A stretch of DNA of 63,996 bases, the filler included, from Ionaspis alba (Eukaryota): the NCBI GenBank assembly GCA_964255285.1. It is 8 parts of 8 records of this genome, joined end to end, with 100 filler letters (N's around TTAATTAATTAA, not from the genome) between each part and the next. Parts side by side here need not be neighbours in the genome. Positions count along the whole stretch, not along the records: positions 32,686 to 40,721 come from CAXUUL010000777.1; positions 40,822 to 48,857 come from CAXUUL010000778.1; positions 48,958 to 56,965 come from CAXUUL010000779.1; 5 more parts are not named here. One strand, 5' to 3'. This document shows positions 38,322 through 51,652 of the stretch, one piece after another. The notes under the pieces were generated by a model that was not told where the DNA came from, searched no databases, and saw only the letters and a program-made list of their open reading frames with translations. How positions within the stretch are numbered: position 1 is the first letter of the stretch; every line of letters starts with the position of its first letter. The translations under genes were made by a program, and so were the position numbers.

Positions 38322-39277
38322 GAAACATTATCTATAATTCTGGGTTGCTACAAAGTTTTCTTAACGTCGATATTCTTGTAAGCCGCGACACAAATGGCTG
38401 TAGGATACTAACATCCAGTCGCGAGGGAACCCAATGTAGCCGGTCCAGTAAGGCTCCAGGCAAGACGGGTCAATTTCCTCAGACAGGACGAAAAGCCTTG
38501 TAGTTTTCCTGAAAGTCGCGGGTATGTAATAACACCTATAGCTGATTCAATCAATCGTGAATTCAGGGTCCTAAAACGGTCGTAGAAGTCGCGACAGCCG
38601 TCAGAATCGTCAAATCGTTGCCGACAAGTGACAAGACACAATACGAGGAGCGCTATGTCTGAAGGTATCTAACCTACAATTCAAATGGTATTATCGTGAC
38701 AGTTGATGAAGGACAAATGGGATGAAGAGGAGTCGCGAAAGGATTGCTGCTGGTGGAATGAGGAGGCTAATTCCGAAACCAAGGTAAGCATGGCCGCTAG
38801 TCTAGTGGCCGCCATCTCTACAGGGATCGTCGCATTAGTTTAGCTTGGCGCAGCCCCGCCACGGTTTGTTTGTTTCGCTTAATGGTTGGCCAACACATGG
38901 CAATGGCCAAGGAATTCAACACTCGTTTCGCCGTTAACATCGAACTTGAGTCTCGCGTGTGTAGTACCACGAGACTCTGTTTCCTTTCATCTCTGACTAC
39001 CACTTCTTCACTGGCTGAGTCTCTTCGCAAAGTTCTGAAAAGCTTCAACATCTGTTCCGTACCTAATATTACGCAAGCACCCTACCAACGTATACTCCCC
39101 TTTGTTCGCAGGTCCCTGACGCGAGCACGCAGTGAAAGCTCTGAAGCTTCATTTTCCGAAAAGTTCTATGGTACAATGATAAGCAGCTTCTATTAGAAAA
39201 GGTTCAAACAACCTCGATGACTTTCGCTTTTGGAGTAGCCGTCATCACTCAATTCAGTCTCTTCCCGCATCACTAGA

Positions 39278-40480
39278 ATGAACCAGCTACGTCCAGAGCT
39301 CCTACATTCCAAATTCTGGTAGCTTCCACATAGCGATATCTCGAGCCTACGTCTTGTCTGCAAATACCTTGCCGAGATCGGCATACAATCACTCCCCGCG
39401 GAAGCTTACCTTTTCGTCAATCCCGAGAGCTTCGACCGCTTCCTATATATCCCCAGCAATCCCGTAGTACGCAGTCGGATCACATCCTATTTTTTCAAGG
39501 CCGATATGGATTTAGACGATGAGACCAATGAAACGTTAGAGATGTCGGCCTGGAAGTCTCATATGCGGACGAAATTCCCTAACTTTGAAGTTTCCAAATG
39601 GTCCATCATGGAATAAGGGACGAGCCTAAGAGCTATACGGGACCTAGAATTGCAGCGGCATATTGGCCGAATAGCAATCCAGGAAGCGCGGTATTCCCTT
39701 TACAAGAAATGGGCTGTCGAGCAAAGCGAACTCCGATCTAATCATTATCGAAGAGATGAGCTGGCTCAGGTTTGTGCTCAATTACCTAATCTCAAGTTGG
39801 CTACCGTTTCTGTTAGCGAATGTGTACGGAGATGGACGAAGAGTCTTGAGGATGGCATTTATGCTGAGTGCAGTCCTCGTTGGCCAGACTGGGATTTTCT
39901 TCAGCAGAATAGGCATATTTCAACCGAGTTCGTGAAAGGTTTTGCAAATCTTCGTGAGCTGACCCTATTTGTCAATGCAGATAAGTACTCTGAGAACGAA
40001 GGAAGTGGGATACATCATGGTCGTCGTCCACTCGTCCTCTTGACTTAGCCGCTTAACCTCGAATGTCTTGAGCTCAGCATTGACAGCTACACATTTCTCT
40101 AGATGAACCAAGCATTAGACAACCTCCGTTAGCGAACCCTACGAAGCGTCAGTCTTGGTTGCCTGGTACTTTCAGATACAGCTCTGTTTGCATTTATTGA
40201 GAGACATGCGACGACCTTAGACGAAACTTAATTCCACGACCTTTGGTTCGATGACGGCAATTGGGCTTACACTGTATCGAAGATTGCAAACTGCCTCACC
40301 CTTGACAGAATACGCATAATGAAATATAAGCGCTAGGAGACTCGGATTTCTGTCGTGGGAGGGGAATACCTTTCCTCCTACAGTGACGACTGGTAAGTAC
40401 TCACTAAAGCTGCGTTCGACGACTACATGCTTCGCGAAGGGCCTTGGCCATTTCCTATGTATGAGCCTTGGGAGAAATAA
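39278..40480 (+). pseudogene. Decayed F-box-like protein gene
   Basis: One frame reads MNQLRPELLHSKFW*LPHSDISSLRLVCKYLAEIG...SFDRF...LPNLK...LRELTL...*PLNLECLEL...LRSVSL...FIERHATTL. In-frame stops at 39320, 39614, 40046 and two more before 40135, plus an apparent frameshift near 40230 (HDLWFDDGNW). Confidence 0.65.
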
Positions 40481-40721
40481 ATAAGAAATTGCTATCTTGC
40501 TTTTGCTCTTTGAACATGGACTCGAATATTTGATCTTACATAGGCCATGTACACATGCACTGAAGACTTAGTCGCAGCTATTCCTAAAATTCTGCGCTCG
40601 GTAGGCGGGGTATCAAACCCGATCTTCTGTCGCCTTAGTACCCGGTCCAGCTGTTTCCCATAGCCGTACAGGCAAACCTTCTCCCACAACTCGACACGAG
40701 ATAAACCCTAGACAATGCTAT

Positions 40722-40821
40722 NNNNNNNNNNNNNNNNNNNNNNNNNNNNNNNNNNNNNNNNNNNNTTAATTAATTAANNNNNNNNNNNNNNNNNNNNNNN
40801 NNNNNNNNNNNNNNNNNNNNN
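40722..40821. other. Artificial contig spacer
   Basis: N44-TTAATTAATTAA-N44. Confidence 0.98.
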
Positions 40822-41084
40822 GCAAAGATGCATCCTTGCGATGTAAACATATTACTCTTTGTTCGAGTCAGCTTCTTCATGTAGCTCTCCAATGTGCAGG
40901 AAACCGTTTACAAAGTTTTCTAGAACTACCCCCATAATTCCCCAAGCCTCCCCATCTCCTTCACTCTTTGCCCCTTACCAGCTTTTCGACCCAACGAACC
41001 CTTTCTCCATCTAAGCATTTCTGTCTCCACGGACAGGCCGCTACCCAGAGGATACTCCATCACCTACCCCTGGAAGCCGTCCCA

Positions 41085-41640
41085 ATGTCGTCCTCTTCCC
41101 CTTCCTCTACCCACATATCCTATCTCCACTCATTCCTAGGATTCACACCCAACGATTCCGCGTCTCTTACTTCCAATTTCGCTCGACTAGCCAAGATAAA
41201 AGGCTGGCAGCCTCAAAGCTCGAAATACATCGCAGAACGCCGCAAATGTATAGCCTCAGAATACCACATCCACATCGGGTGCAGAATTAGCGAGACGAAA
41301 TTGGAAGGGTGGCAGGATCTGTGCGAGGAAGTGGGTATCAGAAATCCTCCAAGTAGTATCACGCAATGCAAGAAGGTTAGCTCAGTTGCCGGCGTCGAAA
41401 CTTAGTAGACTGGGGTCATATTTTTCTGGGCTAATACCGGCTTTGTCTGGACAGGTCCTGCATAGCGTGCATGTTAATCTGGTCGACCTCATCGATAGTC
41501 GACGACAAGGAACGAAGATTAAGAGATTCCCCAACCATAGTGCACTTCAAGCGTACACGGTCAAGCACAAGAAGGTGTTTCCTAAGGACCAAGCTAAAGA
41601 AGATGGCCTCTTAAAGATCTTTCTGCGCCGCATCTTCTGA
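41085..41640 (+). CDS. Small fungal hypothetical protein (two exons, intron 41375-41454)
   Basis: Clean phase-0 splice joins ...KLEGWQDLCEEVGI..PPSSITQCKK to VLHSVHVNLVDLID...VFPKDQAKEDGLLKIFLRRIF*. Resembles a common uncharacterised fungal family. Confidence 0.75.
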
Positions 41641-41978
41641 ATCATAGTTACCTTAGACCAGAATATGTGCGGGATGGAGACAGGAGAAGACGATAGGACA
41701 GTCTGTTTCCAAAATCAAGAGTCCAATGAGCAATTCATTGGTGGTGTTCACATTTTGCAGAAGCAGTCCTGTAGAATACAGAAACTATCATGGTATCGTG
41801 GGCCTGTGCATGCGAAAAGCAAGAAACGGCGGAAGGAAAGCATGGAATTCCCAAAGTAGACAAAGCCGTACTGTCAAGCTTAGTCTCATGATATCTTCAC
41901 TAAACATTTCATATCACTAATAGCACACGTCATTCCTCATGGCTCGTGCTGATCAGCATGCGTCAAATCCCCACTTTC

Positions 41979-43425
41979 CTACTCCTCCTGCGGTTCTTCT
42001 GGTCTCTGACCATAGACGATATGCCAATCGTAGAGCTTTGTTTGCGTTAGTGAAACCTACTTCTTTACGATGTCAAAAGTAATGGTTTGGGACTAACCGT
42101 GTGGATCTTTGGATTTTGTAAATCCTTCCGTACAGTCGTCAGGAAGACTTGCACCCATTCGGGAGACTTGCCCTACGTAGAGAGTAAGAAAGTTTCGGCC
42201 TGTTTCTGTTGGTACTCAACTTACCAGCACTCTTGTAAAAAGCGCCATCGAGAAGCCCTCCAATCCCTCAAGCAGTCCTGCCAAATTGAAAGCGCCAATC
42301 TCTTTCTAGGAGAAGCAAAAGCATGTCAGCATCTATAATTCTTGGCCAACAATCTCCTTCACCCAAGGAACACGAATGAAACACGTACCAGCCTCTTGTC
42401 CTTCGGCCACGGACCAATCGGAACTTTGATGATGGTTTTCTTGATGTTGATAAAGCCAGCGTCTCTCGCGAGCTTTTCGGTGATGAGGCCCGGACATGGC
42501 TCGCGACCCATCTGACGGGAACAGGAGAATAACATCTCTGTCCATTCATCGAGCGGGCTGCCTTTTTTATAGGTTCCGTCGTCGGAATACAAACTGTAGT
42601 CTCCTTCCTGCCATTCGCACCAGCCACCGGGTTTGGTATATCTAACAAGCTCAATGTCAGCCCAGGTCACACCTTCTGCACAGTGGAACGAGTTTGCGAT
42701 CTCTGGTCAGGACATGAACCGAATCACGGTCTTATCTTGAATTGCTGAGAACTCCTCCACAACCACCAAGTCCGAGTTGCGATATGCGTGATGTGGACCA
42801 GATAGTACAAAAGCTCGAGCGCTCGATGAAGATGAAGAGGGATTACGAACTTGAAGCAATTTCTAATCAGCTTCGGCCAATCTGCAATCCCGAAGTCCAT
42901 ATGACGGGTATGGATAAAGTCAAACCCCGCCGAATAACTCCACTCGCTCTCAATATCATCAACCTCGAAAGTCAAGTTCGGAGGAACCCATTTCGGCTGG
43001 ATGGCACTGAGGTCATTGCCAATGACTTGCGCTTTAGGGAACTCTTCAGCGACATCAATAGCCCAGATGCCAGTGCCGGTCCCAAGGTCGAGGATACGCT
43101 GCGGATCTTTCACCGGAGCTAGGAATAGCTTCTCGTTGGCGGCCATCACAAACATACGGTGAATGAGATCGAGCCGCTCCTGTTCTTGTTCGTCGTTCGG
43201 GAAGACGTACGAGCCCTCGCGGAAGGCATGGTAGCGCCGTCCGTTCTCCGTCTTGTAGTCGAGAACACTTGAGGCTATGGAGGTGGTGTAGCTGGCCCTG
43301 TGACTATATTAGCAAGTGGATCTGGCTATCATGTTGCGCGGAACATACGTTTCGGACTCGTAGGCAGAATCGGAATCTCCTTCTTGATTCTGGTTGAATT
43401 CGTCAATTGCCGCAGCTGTCACCAT
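41979..43425 (-). CDS. LaeA-like/TAM-domain SAM-dependent methyltransferase, multi-exon
   Basis: ENGRRYHAFREGSYVFPNDEQEQERLD, ILDLGTGTGIWAID, DLSAIQPKWVPPNLTFEVDDIE, KPGGWCEWQE, PIGPWPKD, ending YGQRPEEPQEE*. Confidence 0.9.
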
Positions 43426-44406
43426 TTTGCGAAAGCACGCAAGTCTGTGCTTCACAGCTGGGAATGTGACTTACAGTCGGGTCGACCTCAATGGGCACGC
43501 TCTGGGTTACGGGATTGGGCTGGGCAGCAGCTGCCATATTGGCAAAGTTTCAACAACGACTTGTACACTGTACAATCGACAATCGACAATCGCAAAGTCC
43601 CGAGCAGAAACAACCAAAAAAGAAGGAAGAGCAAGAGGCTGAGATTGGAAACTTATAGTGGCAGGAGCAATAAAAGTACCGCACCACACCCACTCGAAGG
43701 TGCGTGCGACAGACGTGCATGGTGCATCGATCACCAAAACAAATCAACCCAACCCATGGATGTCACACAGGCCCAGTTCAAGAACCTGCGGGTAAGTAGC
43801 ACGCACGTTGCTTCTCAGGATTCTCAGGATTCTCTAGCCCCGGGGAGCTCGGAGGCGGATGGTGCCCGCGAATGGCGCGTCAATCGCAACCAAGTCTCCC
43901 CCCCGGCATCCCCGAATGCCATTCTCTGGCCCCCACTCTCACCTGCATGCCCCCTAATTCCATGCACGACTGGCCTATCGAAGCGGTTGTGATGACAGGC
44001 TATCCTTGTTTCCCGGCCGCGGATGCACCTAAGGTTAATTAGTGACAGCTGCCGGTTGTTCTATCTCATGCAGTTTTATTGCTTTTCGAGCGCCGCACAA
44101 AGCAGGCGATACCGGATTGCCTTGTATTGCCTACCTCGGGAAGCTACTCGCGTTGGATCTTTTCGTAGCACGATACATCTATTGACAATGGAGCTGTGTC
44201 CAATCAGGGCAAAAGAACTTTACTCGGCTACGAATTGGATGCGTATATTCCAGTCCAGAATCTGGAGCTGCCTGAGCACATCTCAGTACGACGCTCGCTT
44301 AGATTTATTCTCGACGACGACTAAATCCTAAAACCCTAATCTCATATAAAATTTCTAACAACTCCAATGTCTACTCCATGACCTAATCCAGTATATCGTG
44401 AACAAC

Positions 44407-45682
<1,276 letters not shown>

Positions 45683-45791
45683 GTCGTCAGATCTGATATC
45701 GAGAGGTAGTTGCGGATTTGATTTAGCGCGGCGTCTGGATGGGAAATTTGTTCTGGCAATCAGGTCATAGGAGTCTAAGGTCACGCCAACT

Positions 45792-45891
45792 NNNNNNNNN
45801 NNNNNNNNNNNNNNNNNNNNNNNNNNNNNNNNNNNNNNNNNNNNNNNNNNNNNNNNNNNNNNNNNNNNNNNNNNNNNNNNNNNNNNNNNNN
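45792..45891. other. Intra-scaffold gap (100 N, no linker motif)
   Basis: Pure N run inside one 8036-nt unit. Confidence 0.9.
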
Positions 45892-45892
45892 C

Positions 45893-48857
45893 CTATTTCC
45901 TAGCATAAGGATGAAATCCACCCCTATGGTTCCCCAACCTCCCACCTCCTCGATAATTTGCCCCAGGCACGCCCGCGTTCTTCGGACCAGTCGGCGCATT
46001 AGCAGGCGGCGCGCTCTGCGGTCCCTGCGACGCTCGATTCTGCTGCTGCCCACCCTTATTTCCGCCTCCACTCGAGCTTTGCGACGCTTGGCGATTATAT
46101 CCGCCCTGCTGCATGCCACCTCTGCCCTGGCCTCCGCCACCCATATTCGGCTGGGGTACGTCGTCATACATGCCTTCCCACGAGGTGGGGCCGCCTTGTT
46201 GGTACTGCATGTGTTGCGCTTCTTGAGCCGCGCGTCTGGCTTGCTGCTGCTCGTACTTTTGCTGTTCGAACATCAGTTGTTCTTGGGCGGTGTAGCCAGG
46301 CGTCCCGCGTCGACCTCCTTGAGAGGCGGCTTGGTTTCCGGCACCCATTGCAGGACCGGTGGGAACGGCCATGTTGCCATTCATTTGATTGCCGAAGCCG
46401 GCGCCGCCTTGAGGCTGTTGTGATTGCATTTGCATCTGCTGCATTTGTTGCATTTGCTGCATCATGGCGGGATTCATGCCCTGCATGCCGAGTGTGCCTG
46501 GACTTTGTGGAAGTGGACTTTGGGAGCCTTGCTGACCGCCCATTTGCTGCTGTTGTTGCATAGCCTGCATCTGTTGCATCTGTTGCATGGCTTGCATTTG
46601 TTTCATTTGTTGCATCATGGCCGGATTCATGGCTCCCATTCCCATCGCACCCATTCCTCCGCCTTGAGCAGCTGCTACTGCAGCCATTTGTTGGGCGAAG
46701 AATTGCTGCATTTTCTGGAAGTACTGTGCCATTACCTGGGGAGTCATGCCGTTCGCAAAGCCCTGTGTACCTTGCTGGTTTTGATTTTGGTTCTGGTTTC
46801 CGCCAAAGTTGTTGTTACCTCCACTGTTGTCATAATTACCGCGATCATCTCGAAAGCGCTCGTTGTCTTTCCCACCACGTCTGCCTCCTCGTCGATCACG
46901 TGCGTCTTCCTCCTCCCGCATGTTGCCGCGTGGCTGTGCTTTCTTGACCTCGATCGGTTTGCCAAGTATCATGAGATCGCCTTGGAGCGTCGCGTCCACA
47001 GCGGATTCGTTGTCAAAGGTGACAAAACCGAAGCCTCGAGGTCTTCCAGTGTCCTTGTCCATCATAAGTGTCGCATCGACTACGCGGCCATACTGCATAA
47101 AGTATTCCTTGAAGTCCTGTTCGCTGGCTTCCTGACTGACACCGCCGACAAAGATTTTGCTGGTCCGTTCCTGTTCATCGCGAGGGATAGCCCGTTTGGG
47201 ATCAATCTTCGTGAATAAATTGAGATGTGAGCATTCTTTCTTGAAGCGACAAAGTCTGCAAGGGGATTTAAATGATGTAGAAATAGATGGTCTTACGATT
47301 TTGCCGTCGAGATAGTGCTCTTTGACCATGACAATGTTGACGGTTCTGGCATCTTTGAATGTGAGGAAGCCGAAGCCTCGTGAGCGCCCAGTTGCACCAT
47401 CTCTCATAACAGTACATTCGTAGACTTCTCCGAATTGAGAGAAATATTCTTTGAGCGACTCTGTGATTACAAAGATGAGTTTCAAGGATTTTGCTTCTTA
47501 TAGCACCACACAAGAATAGTGTATACTCACGATCGGTTGTCTCCCAATTCAGCCCGCCAATGAACATCTTCCTACAAAACAATTAGGGTCAGCCACGGTC
47601 GATCTCCATATGACATAAACAACGACATGATGATATAAAGCTTGAACGAATTAAAGGCACAGGACAGCAAGGGGCTCGGTAATGATAGCATTGTGGCGAA
47701 TCGTCATGCGTCTCTGATTTTCGCTGAAAGTAGTCCAGAAGGGGCATCCATCATGATGAGCGAGTGAGCGAGCGGAGCATTCTCTATCGGCAAATGCGGC
47801 CACAATTGATGAAATTTCGCTTGTGGGCTCTCTGCGGTTGACGATAGTATCACATAGCCCAATGCCGTCTAATATCTCTTGTCAAGATACTGATGATGCC
47901 TGCCATCAGAGTTGTGTGCCACCAAGCACACGGAATGCCACTGGAGGTACGGAGGGCGGGAACATGAATGTTCGAGAGATTCGTTTTGTTTTTCTAATAG
48001 AGTCGTATGCTAGGTACTGGTGTCATACTGGTCTGGTACCAAGCATGGCAGCAGTAACTATCTCCTGCTCTGCTCTATGAAGATGATATCGACAATAAGC
48101 TATGGAGTAGCAGTAAGCTATGGTCGCTTATCTCGTGGTAGTGTTGCGTGTGTCATCAACTAAGAGGCCATTCCACCAGGTACTTTCTCCTCAGAGTCCG
48201 AACTTTTCAAGCCATTGAGATGGAGCACTCCGGTATATTTGAAGGTGCTGCTCCTGGCACATTCCGTGACTCCTCACCATACATAGTGGAGGGATGTCAA
48301 AGCGCCTATGCTGAGGGAGCCTTTCCGCATCGCCTCACTCCCTTTCTCCCACCCCTCAACGAGTGATCAGAGACGATCATTCTCAGTGCAATGCTCATAG
48401 CATCTCCATTATGTTGTCTTCACTTTCTGCAAGCGCCTCCTCATACCATGAGAGCTCCAGCTCAATTCTCTCCCACACAATGACAAGTTGTACAAGCCCT
48501 TTCACCAGAATAGAATTCCTTCTAAAACGTGACATGGTCGCATTCGTGGTACACACGATTTGCGATGGCACCCGCCAATCTCATTTTGAGTATGCGTCCG
48601 GTGCTCATTGACGAATGGGAAAGAAAGGGTAGGTCGACGGGGGATTGCGACAGAGATGAAGCATGGAACTGGATATGAAGAAAACACTCACCCGTCTTCT
48701 TTGATCCCAGTACCGTGAGATTCATGCCCCATAGGGGTATCACCATAATCATTGCCGCGATCACCATTAGCATGACTGTCCTGCCAACCAGATCCTGACG
48801 CTTCATTGGTATGACCCCCAGAGTTCTGCTCCGGTTGCTCAGAGGACTGTGGTTGTG
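45893..48857 (-). CDS. HRP1: Hrp1/Musashi-family two-RRM RNA-binding protein with Q/M/G low-complexity tail and PY-NLS; 5' truncated
   Basis: ...GTGIKEDG/KMFIGGLNWETTD/..SRGFGFLTF...IDPKRAIP...KIFVGGVS...PRGFGFVTF...VKKAQPR, ending RGGFHPYARK*. Introns at 47572-48691, about 47461-47530 and 47207-47296. Confidence 0.9.
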
Positions 48858-48957
48858 NNNNNNNNNNNNNNNNNNNNNNNNNNNNNNNNNNNNNNNNNNN
48901 NTTAATTAATTAANNNNNNNNNNNNNNNNNNNNNNNNNNNNNNNNNNNNNNNNNNNN
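48858..48957. other. Artificial contig spacer
   Basis: N44-TTAATTAATTAA-N44. Confidence 0.98.
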
Positions 48958-48972
48958 TTCTTCTATTATATT

Positions 48973-50498
48973 CTATTCAAGCTTCGTGAGATTCGTGTCT
49001 TCCGTTCGATAGTGATCCGCCACAATTCTATACAAATACGAAGGTGCATGCCCACCACTATTTGCCAGTTAGTACATCTCCTTTGCGCGTAGGAAAACGA
49101 ACTTACAGATTGGTGATATAAAGATCCACCAACTCCGCAGGCACGTAGTCAAAAAGCGGGTTTTCCACATCCACCTTTCCCACTAGATCACCCTCCTCAT
49201 AACCGAATACCTTCCCGGCATCTCCATATTCGATCAGCGAGTCGAAGTCAAACGGGTATACCGGACTGAGCTTATACACTCCAGTTACCACCACAACTGG
49301 CGTCCGATGAGCCTGCGCTGCCTTTGCTATCGTTTTCGCCCCAGCTGCTGCCACCAGTCCGCCATTTGCCAGTACCACATGCGTCCCTAGAATCACTTTG
49401 TTGACCCGTGACATCAGTGCAAAGACTGCCGCATCGGGTATCAAGATCACGGTGATGCCCGCCGCTGTCAAGGGCTTCGAGAACTGCTCCACACCTATAT
49501 CGTCCTCAGCTTCAGCCTCCGACCTTCCCATCACTGTCGTGTGCGTCGCTTCGTGATTGTTCGGGAAAGCCTCGGCATGGATGACAGTGAACTTCCGCTT
49601 TGCGGCTGCTTTGAGAAGGAATTTCTGGACGGTAGCGGAGGATGAGTGCGTCAAAATGATCTCGTTGGAATGGATGTGTTCGAGTGCGTAACCGGCGATT
49701 TGGTCGTCGACTTGGTCTAGCTCGTCAATGATTTCTTCGATACCCTCGATCACTTCGGCACGTAGATCTTTGGTGCCGGGAATGCCGAGGGCGGGTGTCG
49801 TGGAGCGATTTGACGGAGACTGAGTGCCAGGTGTGGTGTTCGGAGAGGCGGTATTGGAAGCAGGATGTGAGAGTAGGCTGAACATTGAGTTAACCATGGG
49901 GGCGGCGGTGGAGATGGCATAGGAGGTGTGAGATGTGAGGAGCGGTGGGCGGCGGGAGCTGTCGGCGTCGGGAAGGTCGAAGGTGTCTTCACTTTGCCGG
50001 AGGGGACTACTGAAGGCGACCGGGTGTGCGGGTCGAGGTGGAAGGGTGTGGTTTGGAGTATGAGGTCTGCTGTCCGTGTTTGCGTCACTGAAACTGCTCG
50101 TCTCACCATCACGATCTTCCTCTGCTTCTTCTCTTATGACACCTAGCACTCGGCGGACGATGTTGCCCACTGCAAATTCTCGAGGTTGAGCTGCTATCAG
50201 ACGCTGGCCGACTTCTTGTACTCGTGCAATGAGTTGGCCCAGGTCTGTGACTTTGTAGGAAGCCACCACCTTCCGCATAAGATGAGCAGTTGCAATCGCG
50301 CATGGTCTTGAATTTCGTATCTGCCGACGTTTTAAAAGGCTACTAATCGTTAGCTATGAATGGGCAGGATTTTAGAGCTTCTCACGAAATCAAAAGCACG
50401 ATGGAAGCTTCGACATGTCGAGTCTTAATAGATTTCAGAAAATTTGATAAGCCGGGTGTCATGGCTGGAGTAGAGCTTGCCATTGGGGCAATGGTCAT
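48973..50498 (-). CDS. GCD7: Translation initiation factor eIF2B beta subunit (three exons; start 50498 or 50483)
   Basis: LKRRQI, AQPREFAVGNIVRRVL, EHIHSNEIILT, FALMSRVNKVILG, YKLSPVYPFD, NPLFDYVPAELVDLYITNL/GGHAPSYLYRIVADHY. Confidence 0.95.
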
Positions 50499-51652
50499 AC
50501 AATAGGTCTCTTGGAATTCCTAGCAGAGCTTTCCTCATCATATGGTTGTAGATAGATTGAATCGTCGGCATAGGACGGTCATTGGGTCTCTATACGCGAA
50601 ATACGCAAATGCGCTACCGAGCGCCTAAAGTCTGGGCATATCATGTGAAATTGCAAGGACAATTAAAGCGAATACCTCCGCACTATATTGTTCATCAATT
50701 GCCACTCTGGCAGTCGCGAAGTGTGATGCTCGTCTGATACCATGTTTATCTTTTAGGTAGCTTCCATGACTACCTCTTACGATCTAATAAATTATGCACA
50801 TATTTGAACTCAAGGTTCCTTGCATTGAACCGACCATGGGATCACCCACCAAGACCCAAAGGAGGCTCAGACCCCAGTTTATGTAGCACAATAAAGCAAG
50901 TCAGGGGCAAATCGATCCGGGGACAAGGTTGATTCATGGACTCCGGTAGTTCGACGTCTGACGTTCCAGTGCAGTCGCTGGCTCCTATGGATTGTAACTT
51001 AGGATTGGGGATATATGACTAGGGATTTATTACTACAGAAGAATTGGCCTCAAGATGATAGGATACTTCTATAATTTACAACCAAACACAGTCTTTGCCC
51101 GTCAAGTTTCCCCACAGCCAGAACGGAGTGTTTGGGAAACAGAAATATGCACGAGCTAAACAAGAAGCCTGGGTTTCCTTAACACCTATGGTAGAGAAAG
51201 CCGTGTAGTAGTTGTGGATAGTCTTTAAGATCAACGTGAGGCGCAACCAATGCTAGGTATCGCTGGTTGTGTCCCGCATTAGTGAGTATCTACTCGGTTC
51301 GGACAACCGTGTTTGTAGATTGCCGAAACGATCGTCATCCTCAACTCTCCAACCCCCTCCAACACTCTGCGCCGAGTCGACTTCGATATCCTTCCTTGGT
51401 GCGCCGTTGAGATTCTTCGAGCGTCTGGAAAGGAGCCGGTGGAGAGAGTAGTCGCTCGGGCTTGAACATTCCTGTGACGTGTGGTTCCGACGATGCGCTG
51501 AATCTAAGACGGGTTTGCGCTACCTCAACGCCGCGTCGGGTGAGCTCTCCCAAGGGACAAAGCACAAGCCTAGTCGACTCCAGAGACTAGAGCAGTTTTA
51601 AAGCCGTGGACGATACCATCTCTTTCCGATTTCCATGGCGTTTTGTTAGAAC

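Noticed and set aside
41085..43425. LaeA-like methyltransferase as a secondary-metabolite cluster marker
   Set aside because: Large paralog family; neighbours are DIM1 and HRP1, with no backbone enzyme present.
47628..47717. ATGATGA...CTGA (~90 nt) inside the HRP1 intron as a snoRNA
   Set aside because: Antisense to the host transcript, with no stem or recognisable guide.
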